From assembly GCA_013239625.1 (NCBI GenBank), contig MU053645.1, positions 1,108,274 through 1,172,273 on the forward strand: DNA of 64,000 nt, read 5' to 3'. How positions within the stretch are numbered: the first letter of the stretch is position 1; each line of letters opens with the position of its first letter. The stretch is from Lama guanicoe (Eukaryota). This document shows, one piece after another, positions 1 through 10,110 of the stretch. A program made the translations under genes and the position numbers. Under the pieces are notes generated by a model, which saw nothing but the letters and a program-made list of their open reading frames with translations, was not told the origin of the DNA and did not search any database.

Positions 1-159
1 CAGTCGGCTCTGGTATGCGCATAAATTAGTCAATGGCTGATGGCCCACCACACACTTTTAACAGAGCCCCTGAGACGTTCCCCCACCACCTCCCATACTG
101 AAATCTAATTGCCAGCTCCAAGGCAAATGCTCCCATTGTTAATAAATGGTAACAGCAAG

Positions 160-315
160 GAGTGGTGACAAGAACACTGAGCTGAGAAACAGCAGATTTA
201 CCTTAGAGTTGCAGTTGTCACATTGACCAGTTGGGTGGTGCTTGTGGTAAGCCACTGAGCCTGGGTTTCCTCATCTGTATAATGTTGGTGGTGAAGGAGG
301 GTGATTAATACCTGC
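160..315 (+). mobile_element. MIR SINE relic
   Basis: MIR core ctgagcctgggtttcctcatctgtataatg...taatacct. Confidence 0.75.
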
Positions 316-629
316 TGTTTTGAAAATCCAGATATAGGATATCATTTTCTCTCTATTCCAATTCAACAGTCACTGATCTAATTTGTGTTGTTACTAAGAG
401 ATTTTGGTTGGAAAAACTATCATTTTTACCATCCAGCTGTGCCTCCTACCCAAATAGCATTCATAGACCCTCAACAGCAGCTAATTAGCTTCTATAGGTT
501 AGGGTTTTCAAATTAGACCCAATTATCATGACAGCATTACCAACATCGATTGTCTACTTTGAGTAGACTACAAAGAAGTATACAATTTCTGTCTATAACA
601 CACCTACCTTTCACTACAGAATGCTTACG

Positions 630-760
630 TATTCAACATTTACTGACCACATATTATGTTGTAGCCCCTGTACTATACAATACACTGGTGAATATAATGG
701 TCAAGAGGACTGGCACAGATCTGCCCTGCTGTCCTCCTGAAGTCAGAGTCTAGAGGCAGA
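630..760 (-). mobile_element. L2 LINE 3' end fragment
   Basis: attcaacatttactgaccacatattatg...ccctgc...agtctag resembles the reverse complement of the L2 tail. Confidence 0.65.
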
Positions 761-1915
761 AAAGCAGATTCTCAGCCTCTCAGTAGGCCTTATGGATGAA
801 ACATACCACTTGGTTCACTCCCAATCTGAATTAACAATAAAAAGCAAATCTACATATGAAAATGAGGGCAGCCCATAGCCTGAACCACTCAAGAAGGTGG
901 CCTTAACAGGGGTCACTCCCATCGTCATCACCTCAGTTCCCCAGCTGGTAGGTGTGAAATGTAAAATATGACTTCCAATCATCCTGAATAAAGGATCAAG
1001 GTCTTAACACCCACATTTAATGGGATAATGAGCTTTCAAAATTGTAATGAATTCTGACCGGGAGAAATAATATGAGCCTGGTTTAGTGACAGTTACTTTA
1101 TGGTCTTGCTTCTCTTGAGTATTTATTAGAGCAAATTCGCCTCACTGATGGATGGAAAACAATTTAAAAGGTTCTGATACTTTAACAAAGTCTCTTAAAA
1201 TTTTTATTTTCTCTCTGCAAGCATTTAGAGGTATCCTCTAAAAAGATTAAAACAAAATGAAGATTAAGCAAGCTGATCACCAGGGCCATGCCCCCAGACC
1301 ACCAATTTTAATCTAATAACTCCAGGGCTCTTATCCTCCACAGCTATCAGCCACTCTTTTGTTTTCACTGCTGTATTTCCCTTCAGCCCAGCCCCATGAT
1401 CCACTGTCTATATATCTTTGACCTGTATCTCCATTATGCCACTAAAAATGCCCAAGAAAGTGCTCTGAAAGCTATAAAATACTCTAACCATGTTAGCAGT
1501 GTGTTCCTTTCTGCAACGAAAATGTGCTTAGTGCCTACTCTATGCGGGCGACCCTGGGAATCAGATCCTCACATCACCTTTTACAAATGGCTGCCTTTCC
1601 CTCCTAGGTACCCAGCTGCTCCTCTGTACCCCTTGTGTCCTGTTGTCATTTTCTATAAGGCCAAGGAGGAGGAAGGATAATACATGTGGCCCTCAATTTC
1701 CTCTGTGAAGAAGCCTAAGACTTCTTCTTACTCCACTGTCCAAAGACTCTGAATATATTATACATACCACTGAATTAGGAGCCTGGGTTTCTAAGTTCCA
1801 GCTGCCACACAGCTGGAGCCAGAGACTCTCCCCTCCTGGTCCCAGACTCTTCCTCTGCCAAGTGAGCTGATCTCAAATGCCTATTCCCATTCTGCTACTG
1901 AAGACCTCTATGATA

Positions 1916-2146
1916 CGGGGGGTGGGAAGGGACAGACTGGGATTTCAAAATGTAGAAGAGATAAACAAGATTATACTGTATAGCACAGGGAAATATATAC
2001 AAGATTTTGTGGTAGCTCGCAGAGAAAAAAATGTGACAATGAATATATATATATGTTCATGTATAACTGAAACATTGTGCTCTATACTGAAATTTGACAC
2101 AACATTGTAAAATGATTATAACTCAATAAAAAATGTTAAAAAAAAA
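1916..2146 (+). mobile_element. 5'-truncated young artiodactyl/camelid L1 3' UTR with poly(A) and TSD
   Basis: ctgtatagcacagggaaatatat...acattgtaaaatgattataactcaataaa followed by an A-tail; direct repeat ctctatgata at 1906-1915 and 2148-2157. Confidence 0.9.
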
Positions 2147-2224
2147 GCTCTATGATAGTCTACCTAACATCATTTTACTGTACCTAATGGAAATAATTCT
2201 CCAGCAGTATTTCCTAACACATGT

Positions 2225-2635
2225 TGCTATGGCCTGAATGTTTGTATCCCTCCAAAATTCTTATATTGAAATCCTAATGCCCAGTGTGATGGTATTAGAA
2301 GCTGGGGCCTTTGGAGGGGGAGGATATAGCTCAGTGGTAGAGCGCATGCTTAGCATGCAAGAGGTCCTGGGTTCAATCCACAGTATCTTCACTTAAAACA
2401 AAAAGAAGGTGGAGCCTTTGGGACGGGCTCATGAATGGGTAGTACCTTTTTTAAAAAGAGGCTTCAGAAAGATTCCTGGCGTCTTCTACTGGGCGTGAGG
2501 ACACAGCAAGAAGGTGCCAGCTATGAACCAGAAGAGAGCCCTCACCAAAATGCTACCATGCTGTTACCTTGATCTTGGACTTCCAGACACCAGAACTGCA
2601 TAGCGAACAGACTTCTTCCTGAACGGACTAAGGCA
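2225..2635 (+). mobile_element. MaLR LTR (MLT1A-like)
   Basis: Starts tgctatggcctgaatgtttgtatccctccaaaattc; contains gtgaggacacagcaagaaggtgcc and ttgatcttggacttccag; ends ggactaaggca (TG...CA). Confidence 0.85.
2316..2404 (+). mobile_element. tRNA-Ala(AGC)-derived SINE (camelid Vic-1 type)
   Basis: tatagctcagtggtagagcgcatgcttagcatgcaagaggtcctgggttcaatcc is a tRNA-Ala body with A/B boxes; A-rich tail; 18-bp TSD agaagctggggcctttgg (2297-2314) / agaaggtggagcctttgg (2404-2421). Confidence 0.9.
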
Positions 2636-2706
2636 TACGCTCTTAGAGAACACTGGTTCCACAAGATGTTAATAGGGCATTGCAAGCAAAAATGTTTCTG
2701 TGGTAA

Positions 2707-2968
2707 GCTGAGCATAACAATTTAATAGCCTAGGCTCTGGAACCAACCTGCTTCAGTTGAAATCCTAGCTCTGTTCCACGGTAGCGTGTGACCTTGAGCA
2801 AATCACTTTATCTTTCAGTGCCTCGGTTTTCCCCTCCAAAAAAAAAAGGAGATGATGAAAACTCTCATAGGATTTTCATGAATATTAAGCATGTCATTAT
2901 ATGTGAGGACTTAGAACAGTACCTGGCACACACAAAGAAGATTCAATAAATGAAAATTATTAATTATT
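2707..2968 (+). mobile_element. Near full-length MIR
   Basis: ggctctggaacc...aaatcctagctctg...tgtgaccttgagcaaatcactt...cttagaacagtacctggcaca...tcaataaatg. Confidence 0.85.
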
Positions 2969-3209
2969 GGTCTCACCTCATCATTGTTATTCAGGTATCT
3001 GAGCAACTCAGAAAAACAAAGCTTATAAGGATTCTATGCTGCAGGACTTCTCAGAGTCTTCAGTGTGCATATGACTTCCCTAGACAGGGTTACATTTCCC
3101 AAACTTATTTGAACTCAGAATCCTCCTTCCCATGTTTCCACCCCCACCCAAACTCCATCTAGAGACTTGTGTCAAGTGGAATAGGCTTTGGGAAACCCTA
3201 TCTAGGCAA

Positions 3210-3370
3210 AAGGTTAAGAGATCTGGCTTCTATCCTGTCCCTGTTGCTAATTAGGTATGTGAATGCCCACCCCCCCCCACCAAAATCACTTAATATCTCT
3301 GTGCCCCAATCACACTTGTAAAAAATGAGAAACTTTAGCAATCTCACTGAAGGTCCTTCGTGATGCTAAA
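3210..3370 (+). mobile_element. MIR/MIR3 relic
   Basis: aaatcacttaatatctctgtgcccca...tgtaaaaaatgag...aaggtccttc. Confidence 0.55.
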
Positions 3371-3614
3371 AATGCAAAAAGACTATGATAAGCTCTCTTC
3401 CAGGATCATAGAGCCTAATGGTTCCCATTTGATAGACTACGAAGTGACTCAACCTTTTTTTTTTATCATCCAAAGTCTTCTACAGAACAATTTCTAGCAA
3501 TGCTAGACAAGGTTAGGCAGTCTTGAATAGTCATGAAAAATCAAAAATAAGAGGAGTCCAGGAGAAAAACCCAACATCAGACCAGTTAGGAAGTGCTTAA
3601 AAGTAGAAATGCAG

Positions 3615-3720
3615 GCTCTTAGAGCTCAAAAGACCTCAGATTTAATGTAGTCTCATAGCTCTTTTAGAGAGAAAGGAACTGAGGTCCAGAAAGGGAAAGT
3701 GACAAGCATAAGGTCACACG
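3615..3720 (-). mobile_element. MIR relic
   Basis: ggaactgaggtccagaaagggaaagtgac...aaggtcacac. Confidence 0.65.
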
Positions 3721-4224
3721 GAAAGTTTTACATATGCTCTGCTATTTCGTAAAAAGTGCTGGCAGAATATAATGAGACCTTCAGTTCTCTACCCAGTGCT
3801 GTGTTCAGGAACATTTACACACCCACTCCAGTTTAATGCTCGAACACTGTGGGAGGGCCTCACGTGATAAAGACTGATATTCCTCCTGGTGTTTTGCCCC
3901 AAGGAAGAATAAAATGTAAGATTCAGAGCCATAAGGGGGTTACTCGTTTCCAGGTGCGTGTGTGCGCGCGCACACATGCAGAAACGTATCTATATCTGCC
4001 TCGAATTTTCTCCTTCTCATTGGTTCAATTTCAGCTCATGAAGCCCAGCACTGGAGAGGAAGTTCTGTTCTGTCTATTTAGTAACGAAAAAATGCAAAGA
4101 CATCTTTCCCTAGAACTCCTAAATTTGAAGATTCACAGCTGTTTGGGATTCCCCTGGCTCTGCTTACCCACTAGGCTCCTTAATTCTTCCTTCATTGGTT
4201 GTTCCTTTCTGGGTCCTGCTAGAC

Positions 4225-4264
4225 AACACACACATACACACACACACACACACACACGCACACA
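4225..4264. repeat. (CA)n microsatellite, followed by a MIR 3' half to ~4402
   Basis: Interrupted CA run; downstream agggttattgtgagg...agcagtgcctggtacatgg...tcaataaatgg. Confidence 0.9.
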
Positions 4265-4589
4265 GATGCAAAATAGAGATGTAAAACTTGAAACAGTGAT
4301 GCTAATAACAGCCATCTAGTAGGGTTATTGTGAGGACTCCATGAGTTAATGCATACAAAAGGCTTTGAGCAGTGCCTGGTACATGGTCATCATTCAATAA
4401 ATGGAGACCAGTGGCTTCCTTCTGCACTTTCACACACTGGTGTTACAGTGTCAATTAGCCCTGTCTCATGAAGGGCCATTTTTCTAGCAGAATCTCAAGT
4501 TCTTCAAATGTGAATTACATTTCTAGAAATTTATCTTGATGAACATCAACAAACCACTTTTTCAAGATTACAGAGAGGCAGAGGAGATA

Positions 4590-4745
4590 TATCAAAATGT
4601 TAACAGATGTTAACGCTAATGTGTGGAGGAAAGGATTATAATGTGATTTTTACAGTTTTACAGTCTTCTCTGTACTTTTCTGTACTGTTTGAAGTTTTTT
4701 GAATGAGCACATGTTACTTTTATAACAGAAACAATAAAGCCATTT
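4590..4745 (+). mobile_element. Ancient L1 (L1ME-like) 3' end
   Basis: caaaatgttaacag...ctgtacttttctgtactgtttgaagtttttt...ttacttttataacag. Confidence 0.6.
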
Positions 4746-6019
4746 CCCTTGTGGAAAATTGTTCAAAGAATCCTTCCATTCCCCAACTGATCTCTGTCCC
4801 AGTGATTTCCTTTTAACCATTCACCATTCTGGGGGCAAGTGGTAGAATCCATTCCATAAGGCTGGCTCCTGTTTACTGCAACAAATTTCATGCAATGATT
4901 CTGGTCACCCTTTATTCATTTCGATCTCTCTTTTAAAGGGGAGTTGAAAGCATGGAGAATAAAAAGACAACAAGGTTAAAAAAAAAAAAAAAAGCAAACT
5001 ACATTGAGCCATATGGCACAAACCAAAGCATTCCAAACAAACAGCTACACAAATGAACACTCCATCATGAATAAAGACTCTCTCTCAGCATCCATCCCTT
5101 TCTGCCCCTCACCAACATGCTCCTTGGGTAAGTTAATACCCCTGTGTCAGCATTAACTCTCCTAGCTATGGTCAGGTTGTGTCACAACCCTAGAATTATT
5201 TAAACAAAGGGTTTTTGTATTTATTATTGAATTACCTTCTGATAAGGGAGAACGCTGCATGCATGCAGTACCATAAAAATTTTGCAGAATGCCAGCTTTC
5301 CCAGCCCGCGTGTCCTTCAGACAGCAGTGACAAATGGAGCAGTCTGTAGAGAGCTTCTCCTGGTGACATGAGTTACCTCGCCAACTAGGGCTCATTACAA
5401 AACACAGACCATTGCATTGGGCTGGAACAGAAGGCAATTTTCAATTCATTTATAACTCATGCCACTCACTTGTTTAACCTCAGCTCTTAAGGGGACAGCT
5501 TTGCAAACATAAGCCCCCTTGGCCATATAAATTAGTGACTAGAAAAGATAAGCTTACAGTCAAAGCATTGTAGATATGTTAGTTCTGTTTATTTGTTTGT
5601 TCTTAATTGCATTAGAAATGGTACCTTTCTGACTTTAAATCTACATGGAGGCCTTGAAAATTCAATTACCAGAATCATATGCCAAAATCACATTGCAAAT
5701 CACAAGGCATATTTCTCCTTTCCATTCACCATTTAGATACTGAGCAAACAACAGAAAAAGGCAGCTTGAGTGACTATTTTTTCTCACATTTTATTCCAGA
5801 AATCAACAGTCTAGTTATCTATCCATGGTGTTCCTCCTTTCAAATACTTTTTACTATAGGTAAGTAACAAATGCATATATAAGCTAGAGACTAAAATTAT
5901 CCCATTGACAGAGGATAATAACTAGTGAACATTATTTAGAATCAGACTCAATTAAAAAATAATTTCACTTGCAACCGTGGAATTGGGAAGGGCATCTAAA
6001 GAAGAGCTGGGGAAAAAAG

Positions 6020-6230
6020 TCTTTATTGAGCCACCTACTATGTGCCACGTGAATTTATATACATCTCACTTAATCCCCATAATGGAGTAAAGAAACTATT
6101 ATTATTCTTATTTTATAGAGGAGGGGATTGAAACCCAGATCAGTCACCTACCTTGACAATACTAAGTATCCAGGACCAGAAATCAAATGCAATTTCTCCA
6201 ACACATTAAAAGTCCAGACTCTTTCCAAGA
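6020..6230 (-). mobile_element. MIR relic
   Basis: tttattgagccacctactatgtgcca...tctcacttaatcc...tattttatagaggagg. Confidence 0.75.
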
Positions 6231-6929
6231 TTGTAAATGATGATGATGATGATGATGATATTAATAAAAATCACCAACCTAGAATTTAATAGGGCCTGTA
6301 AATTTGAGGTGGTCTCACCTGCTTAGCGAAAAATCCCAGGCTGAGTGAGCACTGCTGGTAATCTTTATCTCAAAGCCACCATGAGTCAATATACCACAAA
6401 ACCTCAAATATTCAGAAAGAACTGTCAAATAACTGCCATTTCCCCTACTGTCTACTTTCAGAAGACAGTAACTTTCCTTTCTCGGTAGGTAAAATGAGAA
6501 AACTTTGCAAATAACTAATGCTGAATCAATTGTTCTTTTCTGTTGCTTTGTACACTACTAGGTCTAAAAACTCTCAGAGAAATTCTCTAGGCTTTATCCG
6601 CATCTTTTTCCTGAACGTCAGGCCCACGTTATAGGGGTTTGCCCAAGTTACTTAACACAAGGTCTCTCTGAATATCAGAAATGAAACTAGGGTCTTTGTC
6701 TCCTAAGCACAAGGCTGGCCATACATCTAGGTGGAAAAAATATATATCTAACTTTGCCTAGTTTTCATGATTTCTATCCACCAAACAAGCTGTGATGTCC
6801 AGGCTTTCCTTCTGTGTAAATCACTCCAGACTGCATGTTGCTGTCTACAATTCTACATAGATCCTAACTGGTAGAAGACTTTGATCATTCTTTCATCTTT
6901 GCATAAAACCTCTCCATTCCCCACCTGAT

Positions 6930-7085
6930 ACTGTACTCTATAACCATTTATGTATTAGTTTCTTGTCTGTCTACATATTACAAGGTAAAATCCAAGGGGG
7001 AAGGGCTGTGTTTTGTTCACTGCTCTGATCCCAGTGCCCAAAACAGTGCCTGGTACTCAATAAACTGCTGTTAAGTGAATGGATA
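6930..7085 (+). mobile_element. L2 3' end
   Basis: gggctgtgttttgttcactgctctgatcccagtgccc...agtgcctggtactcaataaa...gtgaatgga. Confidence 0.8.
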
Positions 7086-7169
7086 CAATGAAAAAAGCGC
7101 TATGACAGAGACATGTGAAGGAATTATAAAGGGATAAAGAAGACCTATCTAATCTAGGGACATAGGGGG

Positions 7170-7170
7170 T

Positions 7171-7220
<50 letters not shown>

Positions 7221-7226
7221 CAGAGA
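7170..7226. repeat. Compound (TG)n(AG)n microsatellite
   Basis: Directly visible. Confidence 0.95.
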
Positions 7227-7259
7227 ATATGAATCAATATTCTTATTCACTCTGTAAGA

Positions 7260-7700
7260 CAACTTAAACTAGGCTGGGTTAAGTACCCCACCTCTGGGTT
7301 TCTGTAGCGCCATCTGTATGCCTCTACTCTTACACTTATTTGTACGACATTTCATTTATCTGTCTCTCTCCCCCACAGCATATTTGATATTTACAAAAGG
7401 TACTATGTTTTTATCTATAGCCTAAATGCTTAGCATAATAGTAGTCACAAAATAAAGCTCAATAAATGTTTGTTGCCTGAAAATAACAAACAGATGACTG
7501 GTTATAAAAACAGTGGTAGCCTAGGAAGGATAACAACTTTAAGCTACTATCAGCCATAGACTCTACATTGCCTAGCCACGTGACCTTGGGCCAGCCACGT
7601 AATCTCTCAGAACTTTAGTTTTTATTTTCCCCATAGTGGTTCTACTGAGATTAAGTGAGATAATATAATATATGCACAATAGTTAACTTAGCATCTGGCA
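7260..7700 (+). mobile_element. L2 3' end (7260-7480) followed by MIR (7510-7700)
   Basis: gctcaataaatgtttgttg L2 tail; gtgaccttgggccagccac...gagattaagtgagataat MIR. Confidence 0.7.
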
Positions 7701-9085
7701 TATGACAGGTTTTAACTATACCACACCATCTACATTAGGAGCCATTATCATGAGTGGGACTGAAGCACTTTGGAATAGATTGGTAAGAGAAGGAACGGAG
7801 GACATGAGATCACTGGGGAGCTTAGTGAAGCACCTCTGAGAGTGGACAAAATCCTGGGAGACCAACAGGGTTGGTCTCACCTCAGTCTCTGCATTACAGT
7901 TACTGGTACCTGAGGAGAGAGACTATGTGGATTAGAAACAGGCAAGGGCATATCGTGACTGTCAAAGGGGAAAAGAAAAACAGCTTAGGGCTGGCACTGA
8001 TCTTGAACTAGGACACCTCACTGTAGATAAAAGAACTAAGAGAAAAGTTTTTCATTAAGACCCTGACATGTCAAGTGCAATATTAATGGGCTGCTTCCAA
8101 AGAGCAGATGTCAAAGAAAATGCCCTCTGCTCCTGGTGGCTTTGAAGTGGACAAATTGTAGTGCATTCTGATGAGGAGTTAAGCCAGTCAAGGCCTCATA
8201 TAAAATGCTTGAGAATCCCAAGTGACAAATCATACTAAGCAACATAGAGGCACACATGACATTTGCTTCTGCAAACTAAGCAAAGCTCTCTCAGAGATAA
8301 CATCAAGCCAGTTTCTGAGCAGTTTGCTTTGCCAGAGTTGCTGCTTAGGTTCATCTTTCCTTTTGAAAAAGATAAGAGGTAAGTGCTACAGTAGCTGCAA
8401 CAAGGTAGAAGTGCTGAGCTATAGGAATGGATATCTTGTAAAGTCAATGGCATTCAAAACACTAACAGTGGACATTTGCCGGGGGAAGGAAAAAGGAATA
8501 AGGAGTGTGAAACTAAAGGCAGATGCAAGGTCAGACAAGGAGGGCAGAATGAAGAGGAATCTGAATAAGGAGGAAGAAAGACATGGCTCAGAGCTCAACA
8601 TTCAAAGTCGAACTATTTTACAGTAATTGAAATAATCCAGCCATCTTCCCACCCAAGAGAAAACACCAACATAGGCTAAATTAGCGCAGGAATATCATAG
8701 CTGGCAATTGTAATTATAATGGAATTCGTCTGTCTTAGGATTTGTTTTCTATTACCTAGTAGCTATGATTTAATTTTTTCAAGTCTAAAATTCTACTTCA
8801 CGAAAAAGAGATAACCCTTGAAGTTCAGAGCACTTCTCCACTTACAGCATAGTGCTAGACATAAAAGAGATTTTTAATAAATAGGTTGTCTTGTTAACAT
8901 ATGTTGATTTCCTATTTTTGGTCTTTTTCCTCTTTCTCACCGCAATTTCTCCTTCTGCCTCTGCTCTGGTTCCTGCTTGGCCCTCCTGGGAGACTTCAGG
9001 GATAAGAGATTTCTGAGCACAATTCAAAATTTTTAGAGATGCCCAGTAGATATAGATGTTAAAGAAGACGTAAAAAGATGTACTT

Positions 9086-9710
9086 GAAAATGAAAGAAAT
9101 TACATCCAATACCACAGAAATACACACACACACACACAAAAGAATACTATAAACAATTACATGTCAACAAATTGGACAACCTAGAAGAAATGGACAAGTT
9201 TCTAGAAACATACAGTCCACCAAATCAAGAAGGAATGGATAATCTGAACAGACTGATCACTAGAAGTGAAATAGAATCTGTAATTTAAAAAAAATAAATA
9301 AACCTCCCTGCAAACAAAAGCCCAGGACCAGATGGCTTCACTGGGGAATTCTACCAAACATACAAAGAAGAGCTCATACTAATCCTTCTCAAACTCTTCC
9401 AAAAGATTGAAGAGAATACTCCCAAACTCATTCTATGAAGCCACCATCACCTGATACCAAACCAGACAAAGACACAACCAAAAAAAGGAAAATTATAGGC
9501 CAATATCTTTGATGAAAATAGATGCAAAAATTCTTGACAAAATATTAGCAAACTGAATCCAACAACACATAAAGATCGTACACTATGATCAAATCAGATT
9601 CATCCCAGGGTCACAAGGATGGCTCAACATATGCAAATCAATCAATGTGATACACCACATCAACAGAAGAAAGGACAAAAACCACATGATCTTCTCAATA
9701 GATGCAGAAG
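9086..9710 (+). mobile_element. Internal L1 ORF2 fragment (Z-domain and start of RT), frameshifted
   Basis: Encodes [17 protein letters not shown]..., [47 protein letters not shown]. Confidence 0.95.
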
Positions 9711-9784
9711 CACTCAATAACTCCAGAATAAGATGAGAGAGTTAATGCCCCAGCACATGTACTAGGAGGGAAAAGACGATATCC

Positions 9785-9920
9785 AGAGAGCAGAGGAGAG
9801 AGAGAAGGAAGGGGAGAGAGAAGAGGGAGGGGGCGGGNNNNNNNNNNNNNNNNNNNNNNNNGAGGAGAAAGTAGGGAAGGGGAGGAAAGGGGAAAGGAGG
9901 AGAGAAGAGAGAAGGAAAAA
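9785..9920. repeat. GA-rich polypurine low-complexity tract containing a 24-N assembly gap (9838-9861)
   Basis: Directly visible. Confidence 0.95.
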
Positions 9921-9999
9921 TTAGAAAATACAGGAAGGGCGATATGTGGATAATCCACAGTTAGCTAGAGTCTTCTTTCTCCTCAGAGGCTCCCCCTAT

Positions 10000-10110
10000 C
10001 ATTAACCATTTATTAAACCTGTTTTACAAGCTTTATATTCATTTCATCATCACCATAACTCTACAAAGCAGGTTTTATCATTATCCCCTTTGGACAAAGG
10101 AGGAGCCTAG
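10000..10110 (-). mobile_element. MIR relic
   Basis: catttattaaacc...atttcatcatcaccataactctacaaagcagg...tatcattatcccc. Confidence 0.6.

Larger units (their letters stand above)
2205..3200. mobile_element. MER103C-like hAT-Charlie DNA transposon, interrupted by an LTR, a SINE and a MIR
   Basis: TIR-like cagtatttcc (2205) and tttgggaaacccta (3187-3200); internal gaacactggttccacaagatgttaatagg, ctgcaggacttctcagag and tttcccaaacttatttga. Confidence 0.7.

Noticed and set aside
2316..2392. Functional tRNA-Ala gene
   Set aside because: Stem mismatches, A-rich tail, TSD and insertion inside an LTR indicate a SINE
3849..4319. Longest ORF (156 aa)
   Set aside because: Non-ATG start, runs through a CA microsatellite and a MIR, and has no recognisable domain
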